Source: Stegostoma tigrinum (Eukaryota). Taken from it: a stretch of 64,000 nt of DNA. Below the pieces are notes generated by a model. It was not told where the DNA came from and did not search any database. It saw only the letters and a list, made by a program, of their open reading frames with translations. Positions within the stretch are counted from its first letter, which is position 1. Every line of letters begins with the position of its first letter. Below are positions 12,552-25,930 of the stretch, in pieces. Made by a program: the position numbers and the translations under genes. Location: the NCBI RefSeq assembly GCF_030684315.1, contig NC_081372.1:55805070-55869069 (forward strand), written 5' to 3'.

Positions 12552-13069
12552 AAAAGGCAGCATATGCTTCATCTGGAACAGTCTTCTGTAAAGGTGTATC
12601 TGGCAGCACTGCCTGAAGGCACAACTTTCGTAATATCGCAAAAGAATATAGTTCTGGAATGTGCGCTGTTGCCAGGGTATAAGGTGAGTCAGTCAGTTAC
12701 CCCAAGGACCAATGGGTACCTGCAGACTCAAAGGCTCCTATTCATGAAATGGGGTAAAAAAAACAAACCAGAAAGCCCATGGGTTGGGGCTAGTGCACAA
12801 AATGATTTGTCACGGGGATGGGGGCTGCCAGTGGTGTTTCGTCCAAGCAGTCTTCTCAGGACACCTTTGCGAATTGAGAACTGAGTTTCAATTTTAACAC
12901 ATGATACAAGAGGAAGGGTAGGTAGGAGGGAAAGGAACTGTCAGGCAAGAGTGTGACAAAATGAAGATACACCCACCTAACAAGCAATTAGCCAGTTTCT
13001 AGATCAATTCTAAATCACTTGTACTTTTCTTTCAAATATTGCCAAATTCTCCCTGCTTAGCAAAACAAC

Positions 13070-13785
13070 ACTGGGTCCTGGAGAGTGTTGGTGAACAGAC
13101 AGACCTTGGATTACAGGTTCATAGTCCCTCAAAACTGGAGTTACATGCAGATGGGATAGTGAAGGTGGCGTTTGGTGTGCTTGCTTTTAATTGATCAGTG
13201 CATTCGGTATAAGAGTTGAGAGGTCATGGGGCTGTACAGGACATTGATTAGGCTAGTTTTGGAATATCGCATTCGATTCCAGTCTCCCTGCCGATAGGAA
13301 GGATGCAGTGAAACTTCAAAGGGTTCAGAAAAGATTTACAAGAACGTTGCCAGGGTTAGAGGGTTTGAGCTATGGGGAAGGGCTGAATAAATGGGCTACT
13401 TTCCCCTAAAGCACACAGGCTGACGGGTGACTTAATAGAAGTTTATAAAATGAGGGGCATGGATAGTGTGCATAGCCAAGGTCTTTTCCCTAGCTTTCGA
13501 GAGTCCAAAATTAGAGGGGATAAGTTTACGATAAGAGGGGAAAGATTTAAAAGAGGCCTAAGGGGCAACTTTTTCTATGCAGAGGATGGTGTCAGTATGG
13601 AATTGAACTGCCAGAGGCTGGTATAGTTACAACATATAAAAGACATCTGGATGGGTACATGAATAGAGAGTTTCAGAGCGATATGGGCCAAATGCTGGCA
13701 AATGGGACTAGATTAGTTTAGGATAGCTGGCATGAATGAGTTGTACCAAGAGTCTGTTTTCATGCTATACATCTCTCTGATTCTA
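13070..13785 (+). mobile_element. CR1 LINE 3' fragment
   Basis: Same family as 6560-7305 (RVQKRFTRTLPGLEGLSY; 3'UTR gtctgttttcatgct...ctctgattcta). Confidence 0.9.
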
Positions 13786-14984
13786 TTGTCAATCCCAATT
13801 ATGCAACCAACCAATGCCACAAGTACGAACATTTTCTTGATTTAAAAACCTATAATATGAAAAAAAATCTGGACGCATTTTAAGATAACAGTTGACTTCT
13901 CACTAGTTTGCTCGGAGTCATATAAATTTTAATGTAACAGAACATCAATACTTTGATCAGCGGTTACATTGACAATGTTGCTTAGAATGGTAATGAAACG
14001 TCTGCATACAACTGAATAACTGGCTCGGTCAGCAAACAATTGCATCCACAACCCGAGCTACAAATTTTTGCTAAGACCTTAATTCACTAGGCATTCTCCT
14101 CATTCAAATTTTAACTTGGAGACTTTCAGTATCATAATCATAGCAGGAAAGTTTTGATGGGTTATTTTAAAGACTACAGGATGTTTCCTTGATTATGTTA
14201 ATCCACTCGAACGGAGGTATTTAAAATCAATGACAAGATGTTTTCCGGTCACTTATCTTATGATGCTCCCACATGAACATAAAATCCCATCAACAGGTGT
14301 GAAGGGATTTCATAATGAATACACAAGAGACAGCAAGAGTTATAATAACGTCTGACACTGTTTTAATTATGTACAGAAATAGTGTCATGGGATTTATCAT
14401 GTAGCTCTCAAATTGAAACTTGAATGAGATCCATATCTGGTGCACTTTTGCTCAGGTACACATTCATTGACTAACATTAAATTTGGAATCTGTTGGCACA
14501 CACAGTCTAGAGAGAACATTCATATGAAATGAGCCATGGAAACCTATGGATAGCAGGATCTAATAAAACCACTAAGTTGAAGTAAACTAACACTGTGTCA
14601 AAGAAAGTACATATAAAAACAGGACAGAATGAAGTCTTTTGTTTAACAGCTTATTCACTTTTCAGTTGTTTATCAGAAGCAAGGGAATTGAATTTTGTTG
14701 AGACACAGGTTCTATGGTTCAATTGTGATTTCCATCTACAAAAAAGGCTGTTGGTATCTTATGGTCTATCCATCTTGGTCTTCTCACTATGCTTAAGGGA
14801 TAAATTCCGAAGAGTAGGTGACCGAAAATATTTGTTTTTGAACATTATGTGAGAAACAAATATGTTTCAAGACCATAATGTCCTCAAATCTTGTTTGATG
14901 GCTTGAATATAGAATCTAAATTGAGATGCGTGTAAAAATAACATTGCCTACTACAGCGTTTTTTTGCTTTTTGATTGTTTAACT

Positions 14985-15310
14985 TATGGTATGTGGACAG
15001 CACTACCCAAGTCGAATTTATTGTGCATTACTGTTTTCTTGGTTGTTAGGAAAGTGCCAACCATATTACTGTGGTTCTAGAATCACATGTAGCCACACAA
15101 GTGGAGATGGCAGATTTTCTTCCCTTAGGGACATAAGTAAACCATTGGGCTTTTATGTCAATCAACATTAGTCACCTGGACTAGATTTTAGTTCCATATT
15201 TGCTCATGGAACTCAAACTGCCACACAAGATTTGAACCCATTTCTCCAGAACATTAGAATGGAGTTTTAAGATTACTAGTCCAGTAACACTACCATTAAA
15301 CCACCATCGT
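14985..15310 (-). mobile_element. tRNA-derived SINE (probably Meta/MESC-core type), degenerate
   Basis: Contains tcacatgtagcc...gatggcagatttt.ttccct..gggacat.agt.aacca core and a B-box-like gatttgaaccc. Confidence 0.7.
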
Positions 15311-16009
15311 TCTGTAGATTTAAAAGTTGCAATACTCAGTTTGAAGCTATCCTGCCCACTATTCCTCAACCAACATTGTGTCACTTAGGAAGAGTTTTTG
15401 ATCTGATGCATCAGATGTGTGACATTTTTCTAGTTAGTTATGGCAGTATTCATATTCATAGAGTGTACTTGTCTTCAGTGACAAAGACGTAGGAGTGGGA
15501 TTTGGCAAGGCTTTGTAAAATTAATGGACTTGGCTGTGTGCCTCCGAAAACCTGCAATATCGGTCATGAACTAGTTCAAGAACTTGACAAGTGCCTCAAG
15601 ATTAGCTTCATAGGGGAGCACAATCAAAAAAATGCAAGGCTAATGATGTGCCATCTTGGAGCTAATGTAACATCTTATCTTGGGAAAGTACAAGAAATTC
15701 CAACTTTTGCGACAGGCTTTGTAATTATGCAATTAGTTTAAAACTTTGCATACTTGCAGGCATTGTCCATGATTGAGCTAGTTCAAATGTTCTGACCTGC
15801 AAGGACAGAGCTATCATTTCAGCAGTGGGATTTCTTTTCAAGATTCAGCCCTAAATAACCCTGCAACGAAGCATCCTGATGGCGCGGATGACCTTAGCCA
15901 GTCAAACTAGGGAAAATTTCTTGATGTTGTGTTCATAAACTCTCAGATATAACCAGTTAAATACCCATAAACCCACTTGACAATTGGAATCATTAAACCC
16001 ATACTAGGC

Positions 16010-16230
16010 AAGACCATAGGATGAAGGGGTAGGCCATTTGACACATAAATCTGCTCTGCTATGCAATTACATCATGACTGATCAGATAATCCTCAACTCT
16101 ACTTGCCTGTCTTTTGCACAGAAGCCTCAACTGCCTCACTGATTACAAGTTTATCTCGGCCTCTAACATACTTAACAACCCATCTGTGAAAGCAAGCTAC
16201 AATAAAGAATTCCACAGGCTGACTATCCTC
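16010..16230 (-). mobile_element. Old CR1 3' tail fragment
   Basis: agaccatagga...gtaggccatt...atcatgactgatc is the reverse complement of the CR1 tail seen at about 27100-27215. Confidence 0.65.
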
Positions 16231-16839
16231 AGAAAACAAAATATTGAAGAGTCGAAGCTTCCATTGGCTGAATAATAAAGAACTGCACTGAATTGCAAGG
16301 CAGTGTCAAGCATGCACAAATTGTTTTAAAATAGTCGGGGATCACGTAATGCCTGGATAAGTTCCACAAAAATTGCAAGGAAATCAAAATTTAACACTTA
16401 TAAGTTTGATTTTTAAATCATGGGAGTCAAATTCATGAACAGAGCTCTTTCCAGGGAGGAAAAGTACAGTTGATGATTTCTGTTCTTGCTATGCTGCAGC
16501 ACTGATTCTGGGTTTAGCTAAGGAATGTCACTACGAGGTTACATTTGACTCATCAAGCTTTACTTTTGCACAGCTTGTACATACAACTTCCATAAAGGAA
16601 GGCCTAGGTTATCTATGAATAGCCCTTTGCCCAGGAAGACAGGCTGAGCCAAAGGGATGCCTGGTAGGAAAAAGAAATTGGATGTAAAAGAATACTGTAT
16701 TTTGTCATGATGGCAGGACAACAGCCTTCTCTTGGCAAAACAAAATACATAAACTACTGGCTTATAATAACAATAGTACGGTACACAATAAAATAATCTA
16801 TAAATATAACAATAAATTCTACAAATAACAGACGTCTTA

Positions 16840-17330
16840 TGTTGTTATTAGCCAATCTGGTGATTCTGTCAATAATTAGACAAAGACTTCCCATATTTCA
16901 TTTCAAAATCTGCAAATTTCACAAGGCTGAGAAATATTGTGAACTGTGAAGACAGCAATTAAAGTCCTCTCTTTAGAGAATATTAAGTTAATATTTAGAT
17001 GGGGTGCTCAAAATTCATGAGGTGTTTGAACGTAGTTGGAGAGCTCTCCATGGCAGAAATATCAATATTTATAGGACAACTGATTTAAGGTGATTGGCCA
17101 AACTACAGATGACAGGGGGAACAACTATTTTCTTTAATGCAACAAGTGATTAAGCTAATGAATGAATTACTTGAGCATGTGGCGGAAGCAGATTTAATCA
17201 CGATTTTCAAAGAAGAATTGGATAAGGACTTAAATGGGAACAAAATGAAGGGCTATGGAACAACATCTGCTCTTACAAAGACTTGTAAATAGCCCATAAG
17301 GTCGTATGAATCTAACAGTGTCCTCTGGAA
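16840..17330 (+). mobile_element. Degenerate CR1 3' fragment
   Basis: gtggcggaagcagatttaatc..ttttcaaagaagaattggataag resembles the CR1 ORF2 C-terminus. Confidence 0.6.
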
Positions 17331-17794
17331 TAACCATTTCAATGATTCTGTTCACTGTCTCAACTACCAAATCTTGCCAATAAACCCAAGATATACACAG
17401 AGCAGCAATTATCTGTTCAACCAATCCACCCTGTTTGTTCAGCTTCTATATTTAGCTTTTTAAAAATATCATGATGGCTCTTCCTCATTTGTTTTAGGGG
17501 AACTGTCTATGATGTTCCAGTGTAACAGATTTTCTAACCGTGATTAATTCTACCTTGTGTATGTCATGAGATTGCAGGATTGTATAGTTACGAACTTGTA
17601 CTCATTAATCAACTCTAGTGTACCTAGCCAAAGCAGATATGGGCAAAGTTGAATTTGTGCGTGTTTATGGGCAACATTTGCTCATCTGTAATTGCCCAGA
17701 AGGCATTTAAAGAGTCAACCGTATTGCTGTTTTTCTGGATGCAGGGCAGACCAAGTAAGGACTGATTTTCATCCCTAAGTGACAGTTGGTCTTT

Positions 17795-18087
17795 AGATTA
17801 GATTAAATTCGATTCCCTACAGTGTGGAAACAGGCCCTTCGCCCCAGCAAGTCCACACCGCCCCTTGGAGCATCCCACCCAGACCCATTCCCTATAACCC
17901 ACATGCCCCTAAACACTTCGGGCAATTTAGCATGGCCAATCCACCTCGCCTGCACATCTTTGGACTGTGGGAGGAAACCGGAGGAAACCTACGCAGGCAC
18001 GGGGAGAATGCGCAAACTCCACAGAGAGTTACCCGAGGCTGGAATCGAACCTGGGTCCCTGGCGCTGTGCGGCTGCAATGCTAACCA
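17795..18087 (-). mobile_element. HE1-type V-SINE inserted into an older SINE (remnants at about 17660-17790 and 18095-18200)
   Basis: Reverse complement has A box tggttagca, B box ggttcgattcc, the V-domain ggtttcctcccacagtccaaagatgtgcagg and a CR1-derived tail. Confidence 0.9.
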
Positions 18088-18834
18088 TACAACGGTGGTT
18101 ATATGGTTGCCATTAGGTTAGCTTTTAAACCAGATTTTAAATTGAATTCAAATTTCACCAGTCACGGTAGCATGAATCTGCAATATCACACTGCCACCAC
18201 CTCAAATAATGGAAAACCACAATAAGATCTCACACTGCCAATTTTAGTTTCTTGTTTTAAAAATCTTTCAGGATCAACACATGACAGTTGGGTACTTAAA
18301 TAAAACATTGAAAAATTACTAATGTACTTTGGGGGCTGAACTTCACTTTTAGCTTTGAATTTTATTATAAAATGGCCAAGTTTGCGCTGTTTGATCAAAA
18401 AAGTGCACTCGCCTTTCCTAAACTACTTTTGGTAGAAAAAGCAGTAGCCTTTCTTATATCAAACAGATTAGTGTGGTTATATTGCAATGGGAAGAAAGGG
18501 AAAAGCATATGTGTACTTTTGACTGTAATTAAAATTATGAAAAGGCTGATTTGAAAAGGTAACTGCTCATGTCATGTATATGTAGTAACAACCAATAAAA
18601 TTGGACATAATAATCAATGATTAATAAACTTGAGAAGTCATCTTGGTCTGCATGCATGGATCTTTCTGCATGTTTTTCAAAATAAATCTTTTACAGCATA
18701 AACATAAATAAGTTTATGCCAAAAAACATGTTAATATTATTAGGGAATAGCTAGTGATTTAAACAGTCTACCTAGGAATTTACATGTCTTACTATTAAAC
18801 ACTAAGAATTTGAAGCAGAATTATCCAAGATATT

Positions 18835-19190
18835 ATTCATATTTATTTATTCATTAAAGGGAAGACAGTGTCGCTGGCAAAACAGCATTTATTGCCTATC
18901 CCTAATTGTCCAGAGGACAGTTCAGACACTGCCGTGGGTCTAGAGTCACATGTAGGGCAGGCTACGTAAGGATGACAGTTTCTTTCCCTAAAGGACATTA
19001 ATGAATCAGATAGGCTTTTCCGACAATTGACAATGGTTTAATGTTCTTCATTAGACTCTTAATTCCAGACATTTTATTGAAGTCAAATTCCACCATCTAC
19101 CATTGTGGGATTTGAACCTGTGTCCCCAGAATGCTATCTGGGAATCTGTCTTAACAGTCCAGCGATAACCGCTAGGCCATCCATTCCCCT
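18835..19190 (-). mobile_element. Near full-length tRNA-derived SINE (probably Meta/MESC core) with LINE-derived tail
   Basis: tRNA-like head at about 19100-19190, core gagtcacatgtagg.cag...gtaaggatg.cagtttc.ttccctaaaggacatta, tail cagcatttattgcc.atccctaattg. Confidence 0.8.
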
Positions 19191-19904
19191 TAAATTAAAT
19201 ATGTTAACGTTAATATTCCAGATATGTGCTACCATGGCTGAAGGTGAAATTTGAATACAATTTAAAATAAAATCTGGATTAAAAGCTAACCTAATAGCAA
19301 CCATGCAACCAATGTTGTAAAGACAAACTAGTTCATTAATACCATTCAGGAAAGAAAATGTCTTTATTTGGTCTGAAGACTCCAGAAAAACAGAAAACAT
19401 TTACGAAATATATGTTCCACCCAACATTTCATATTTGCTCATTAGATTAAATGTATTAAAAAGCCCAATTCAAAATTAAGGTTTGAGAATGCTGAAATCT
19501 TTAGTATAATTAGAAGCGGAAAAGAACAGCTTTGAAATATTGTATTCCATAATTTGTGTTCACTTCATTTTCTAATTGAGTGGATTATAGGAATGGTCAG
19601 GATGAAAAATATGAAGCAGTATGAATCTTGGCCCAAACATACTTACATGAAGCACAAACCCAGATTCAAAGGATTCGGAATTCTGCACTGTTCCACAGAC
19701 GAGCAAACCCAAGATGTGATAACCACATGTGTAAACAATTGTTTCAACAAAAGCTAGAACAAACCTGGAATACCAATGTGTATTTACAAGCCATAAGTCT
19801 CACACATACTGGCGTCATGTCCTATTTCACAAGTGAAACGTGACCGATTGAATTTTCTCTTTGATAGAGCAGTCTACTGACTAGAATTAAACCTGAACAC
19901 AGAC

Positions 19905-20275
19905 AAAGAAAAAATCATACAGCACAGAAACAGACCCTTTGGTCCACCAAGTCCATGCCAATAATAATCCCAAACTAAATTAGTCCCAATGCCTGCATTC
20001 GGCCCACGTTCACCCAAACAGTTCTTATTCATATACTTATCCAATTGTCTTTTAAACATACTATCTGTGCTCATATCCACCATTTCCTCTGAAAGTTCAT
20101 TGTATACATGAACCACAGTGGGGAAAAATTGTATCTCATCTTTTTTGAAATCTCCCGTCTTAAAAATAGGCCCTTTAACCTGGAATTCCTCCACCCTATG
20201 AAAAAAAAACTTGGCATTCACCTCATTTTTAACCCCTCATGATTTAATAAACCTGTATACGGTCATCCTTCAATA
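19905..20275 (-). mobile_element. CR1 3' fragment
   Basis: ORF 19874..20221 contains NELSEEMV..FKRQLDKYMN; tail gaccaaagggtctgtttctgtgctgtatga. Confidence 0.85.
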
Positions 20276-22985
20276 TGATTTTTAAAAAGCATTAGGATAC
20301 ATTTAAGACATCCTGGAAAATATATTGCACAGAGTCAGGTGATACAGTTGACCCAGACTTAGGGAAATGTGCACCACGCCAGATCGCACCTTCATAGGTC
20401 CAACACTTCATGTCAGTAAAGCCATAGTGCAGTTTTACAAAAGTTGTAACAAAAGCCTTCTTAAATACAAAATGAAAAGGCATGATTAACTATACTCAAA
20501 AACCAGGTCTGCATCAGGAACATGATTAATGCTTGCTTAAATCCCAGAGTTCCTCCAATTCCTGAACAGCAAGTAAACTGGAACCTAACACTTCATGTGC
20601 CTGATACAGCTCAACAGGTGACAAACGAAGTCCAAAGGATATCTATCATAAATAAAGCTACTACCCAAATTACGTAATACAGATCATCTGTATCTCGATT
20701 ATCTGTTAGAGATTAAATTGAACTGTCACAGTTTTAGAACCGTCAATTAAATGGACAAATCTATCCAAGAAAGCAAACCACAGAACCAAACAGTTCCAAA
20801 TTAAAAATTCTTTTATTGAGAATGCAAAATAATGTATCAGTATGGAAGGCTTGCTTTCTTTCCGACTGTAGATGTCTGCAACTGTCTGTATTGCTATTTC
20901 AAGATAAATATACATTGATGCAGTAATCAAAAGTGAAATAGACAGTCAGTTTCTATACTTGCTTACTAAAATATATCAGCTTATGATGTAAATGAAAACA
21001 CATTCCTTACTTGACATCAACAACCAAGCTAACAGCGTAAGATAAAGCTCCCAAAGGATGGCTCTTCATTCTTGCTGGCATGAGAAATACAAAAATATAG
21101 GTCTGTACTATCTTTTAATTTCACATCAACTATTTAAGCAGTACAAAACTGACAACAACCTCAAACAATCATGCACAGTACAGAAGTTGCATTTGATGTG
21201 CATTATCCAGTACTGCCATCACCCGGGTTATTTAGCTTAATGACCACTACTACAGTTAAGCCACTGCATCAATATAATGGAACATCCTTTGCTAATTCAT
21301 CTCAAAAATGATTGTGGAAGTTGCAGACAACTAGCTGGCAATACTTCACATCATTGAAAATGTTATTTGCAAAGAACCTAAATTTGGAAACTTGAAAATC
21401 TGTAATCTAGGTTGCACCACTAGATGTTTTCACAGTTTAATTATAAGTGCTGCAATATTTCATCAACTCATCATTACATTAAATCCTCCCTAACACCTTC
21501 AATATGACTGTGTAGAAACACTGTACAACACACCTAAAATTGTCATACAAATATTGGTAAATCAAGTGAAAATCAGAACAAATTTATATACAAATAGCAT
21601 TCTCTGCTGTAGGCAAAGAGTTAGGTGGTAGGGGTAACTTGACTAGAGTATGTAGAATATAATGCTGAGTAAAATGATCAATGTACTGCAGCATTGCACT
21701 TGAGCTTTAAGGGGAGTGGTGAAACAGGGAGTTTTGTGAAAGAGGGAAGTGATTATCCCACTTTCCCTCATTGATATTAAAAGTAGAAATTCTCACCAAA
21801 GGGAAGTCTTAAAGAATTTGCAACAGAAGAGGAAACAGAGGCAGTGGAGGGGACTCAGGGAACAGAAACAATGAAATTAGTGACATCACAGGAAAAGCCC
21901 CAAGTAACTGCTAATTTGAATGTCAACTGTAAATTGCTTTCAGATTAAATGTAAACTGGATAATTATTTTACAGATTAAAAATTAAACAGCAGGAAGTTT
22001 AAAATACAAATCAAGCAAACTTGGTCTAAACGGGCATCTTATGAACCAGCACTCTTGCTAAACCAGCAAAGGTTATATATCTCAATGAAATTTAGAGTAT
22101 TCTGTCCAATTACCTCAATACAAATGTACTTGTTCAATCAAATAACTACATGAAATATCAACAGTTGTTTCAATTTTGAGTCAATTTATCCTCAAATACC
22201 ATAATCTACCATAATGTCAAGAGTAGTCAGTTGAAGGTGTATGGGAGAAGGCTGTAAGTACGTTTTACTTAAGGCAAAGCTGCATTATTATTCAAGTGAT
22301 TTACACGGCATATAAAGTATAACAGTGATGTATATGCCCCCCCATGCCTTACATTTCAATACTTAATGCGTTTTTAACATTGATAATGTGGACTCCTTGA
22401 TTATTCAGAATATTTACTGATCAGCACACACCTGATCCTATAGGTGCCAAATGATTTTTAACAATGTCCATACTTAAATGGGATAGTAAGAACTCAGATG
22501 CTGGAATCAGAGATAACACAGTATGGAGGAACACAGCAGGCCAGGCAAGACACAAGGTCAGGTGACATGTAGTACCTGCACAATGCAAGAGTTGGTGGAC
22601 CTCTCTGTGGTTCACAGTGATCACATCTACAGCAAATCTTTGCTTAAGGAACTCAGTCTCAAAGTTCATGAGCAGAAGTCTGAGCTTCAAACATTGCATC
22701 ACATTAGGGAGGGGGAAAGAGTTACCTCAATGTGTATGTTCCTGGGGGCAATCACACCCCATAGGTTAAGTACTTCAAATCTGGCCAGTGATCAGGGATA
22801 GAAGAATGTGATAATTAACATAGGTAGAAGAATTTAGTAAGGAAGAGCCTCAGCTCTTGACCTTGTCCAACAGGTATGAGGTACTTGACCCCTGTGTGAA
22901 TGAGGAAAAGGGCTTTTTGGGAGGGGGGATGGGAAAACAAGCCACTGCATTGTAGCACAGGAAGCCATTCAAGAAAATGGGTGGC

Positions 22986-23009
22986 GGGGGGGGGGGGGGG
23001 GGGGGGGGG
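22986..23009. repeat. Poly-G run (24 nt)
   Basis: Seen directly, inside the CR1 ORF1 region. Confidence 0.9.
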
Positions 23010-25080
23010 CGGGCAGCATGGGGATTCTGCAATTCGGGATACAGACAGCGTCCTTTGTAAACAGAACTGAAAGTCCCGCACAGTAAGTTGCCTGCATTGT
23101 GCCATGGTAATGGACATCTTGATCTAGCTTAACAGGATGCTGAAGTGGAAAGGAGAGGATCCACTTGTCATGGACAATATACAGGCGAGAGGTTCTGCTA
23201 GCGGAATATCAGAAATTAGGAACAAAATTGAAGAGCTTGGCTTCCAGGGTTATAACCTCTGGATCATTATCCAAACCGGGTGCAAACTAGCATAGAAGTA
23301 AGAAAATTGGAAATAAATGCATGGTCAAAACAGTAGTGTGGGAAAGAATGTTTCTATCTCACGGTGCTTGGCATCAGTATTGGAACAGGTAGGAACCTGA
23401 ACTGACTTGGGATGAATGATCTCATGGAAAGGCTAAATAAGGCGATCACGGGGTTCAGTTTGTAAATGGGAGGTGGCAGGGGGGGTGGGGGGGGAGGGGG
23501 AGTCAATATAGTTTCTAAATCAATTGACAGGACTGAGAATGGGAACACTCCGAGGAGCATCTTGAGTAAACTGAAAAAGACAGTAAGAGTAAACAGGAGA
23601 ATAAAACATTAGTACTGAGGCTCAGGTTACAGAGTATGGTCTAAATAAAAGTTTAAATTCGAATGCAGAGAGTGTAAAGATCGAATTAAATGAGTTGAAG
23701 GCACAAATTCAAATTGAGATTGATTATAGTATGAGACACAGCTGCATGATGGTCATTTGGGAATTAAATACACCAAACTGCAAGACTTACAGGACAGACA
23801 AGGAAAATGGCAGGAGGTGGAGTGGAATTAATCTTATTTACTAATTTGAAATGATTTTACTTCAATAGGAGGGAGGATCAAATTACGATAAAGTATTCAG
23901 TGGAGTACAAATGGCTGGAAGTGAGGAACAGCAAAGAATCTAAAACTGTAATAACATTCTGTATAAACTCCAAGTACAGCTCTGAAGAGCTAGATTGTAT
24001 AAATGTAGAAATTAGACAAGTGTGTAGCAAAGCCTGAGTAATATTTTAATGTTAACAAAGATTGGGAGAGGCAGACAAACACATCGGAAATGTAATGAAT
24101 TTCTGGAATGTGCCCAGGGTAGTTTCCGACAGCAACGTGCCCTGGGTGCAACAAGGTGGACAAACAAACAAACTATATTGAATTTAATAATGAGTAATGA
24201 GCCAGATTTAATTAATAATCTGATTGTGTGCAAACACTTATGCAAAGTGAAAATCATGACTCGAAATGCAGGCAAATGGGACTAGTTTAGATTGGGAAAC
24301 CTGTTCAGCATGGACAGGTAGGACCGAAGAGCTTGTTTCCATTCCGTGACTCTAGGTAGGGTCAACTTTAACGAGATGACACAGGCTGTCCACGTTAAAC
24401 TGGGAAAACCTGCTTATGGGCAAAACAACTGAAGAACGGTGGAGGATATTCAAAGAAACATCTAACAATACAAAACCAGTTTATACTCGTGGGAAAAGCT
24501 GCACTTTATGTAAGAAATAGCCATGCATAACTAAAAAGAGATAAGGGACAGAATAAAACTAAAAGGAAGGGCTTACAAAAATGCTAAAAAAAAGCATAGA
24601 TCTGCTGAACGGGAAAGATATAAAGACCAGCGAAGGGCCACAAAGCAGACTTATAAAAGCTTCTGAAAGAGAGATCACAAAAAAACACTTACTGGGGACA
24701 TCAAAATCAATACAAAGAAATTTAACAGTTGCGTAAAAGAAAGCGGATCTGTAAGGAACAACACTGGCCTACTAAAGACTGAAACTGGGGATTTCGTCAA
24801 TGCCTGAGGGGAAATGGCAGACATGTCCAATGACTACTTTACCTCATTATTTACACTACAAGAGGAGGATAGCTTGACAGAGGTTCAAAGGAAATTAATA
24901 GTTTTATTCAGTCCCTGTTCCATGAAAATAAGTAAAACGTAAAGAAATTAATGGAATTAAAGACTAGCGAATTCCCATGGATCTGATCATTTCCATCCAA
25001 GGCTGTTAAAAGGTAGTAGGTAAGCACACTGCAGATACCCTAACTATAATATTTCAGAGTTCCCTACATACAGGAGTCAT

Positions 25081-25930
25081 CTGAGATAACAAAGTGTGGA
25101 GCTGGATGAACACAGCAGGCCAAAGAGCATCAGAGGAGCACAAAAGCTGACGTTTCGGGCCTCGACCCGTCATCAGAAAAGGGGGATGGGGAGAGGGCTC
25201 TGAAATAAATAGGGAAAGAGGGGGAGGCAGACCCCGAAGATGGATAGAGAAGATAGGTGGAGAGGGAGTATAGATGGGGAGTTATGGGAGGGGGTAGGTC
25301 AGTCCAGGCAGGAAGGTCAGTCAAGGGGGATGAAGTTAGTAGGCAGGAAATGGAGGTGCGGCTTGAGGTGGGAGGAGGGGATAGGTGAGAGGAAGAACAG
25401 GTTAGGGAGGCGGGGATGAGCTGGGCTAGTTTTGTGTTGCTGTGGGGGGGAGAGAAGAGATTTTGAAGCTTGTGAAATCCACATTGATACCATTGGGCTG
25501 CAGGGTTCCCAAGCGGAATATGTGTTGCTGTTCCTGCAACCTTCAGGTGGCATCGTCATGGCATTGCAGGGGGCCCAGGATGGACATGTTGTCTAAGGAA
25601 TGGGAGGGGGAGTTGAAATCGTTCACAACTGGAAGGTGCAGTTGCTTATTGCAAACCGATGTTCTGCGAAGCTGTCCCCCAATGTAGAGAGAGCCACAAC
25701 AGCTGCAGTATATCACAATGGCAGATGTGCAGATGAACATCTGCTTGAGGTGGAAAGTCATCTTGGGGCCTGGGATGGGCGTGAAGGAGGTGGTGTGGGG
25801 GCAAATGTAGCACTTCCTGCGGTTGCAGAGGAAAGTGCTGGGTGTGGTGGGGTTGAAGGGGAGTGTGGAGCGGACAAGTGAGTCGCAGAGAGAGTGGTCT
25901 CTCTGGAAGACAGACAAGGGTGGGGATGGA
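25081..25930 (-). mobile_element. 5'-truncated Penelope-like retroelement (Neptune-like) with GIY-YIG endonuclease relic, pLTR and hammerhead motif
   Basis: ORF 25543..25917 has the Cys linker CNRRKCYICPH, then F.CTS..VIYC..CGSLYIG (GIY-YIG). Another frame gives QEQQHIFRLGTLQPNGINVDF. Confidence 0.9.
25149..25176 (-). ncRNA. Minimal type I hammerhead ribozyme motif (PLE-associated)
   Basis: CUGAUGA-C-GGGU(CGAG)GCCC-GAAA-CGUC: intact core boxes, 4-bp stem II, palindromic ACGU stem III and a GUC cleavage triplet. Stem I is weak. Confidence 0.7.

Noticed and set aside
10822-12641. Duplicated small protein gene (ORFs 10822..11058 and 12315..12641)
   Set aside because: The similarity comes from the DNA-level inverted duplication. 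Indels between arms are not frame-preserving overall, and there is no splice or domain evidence.
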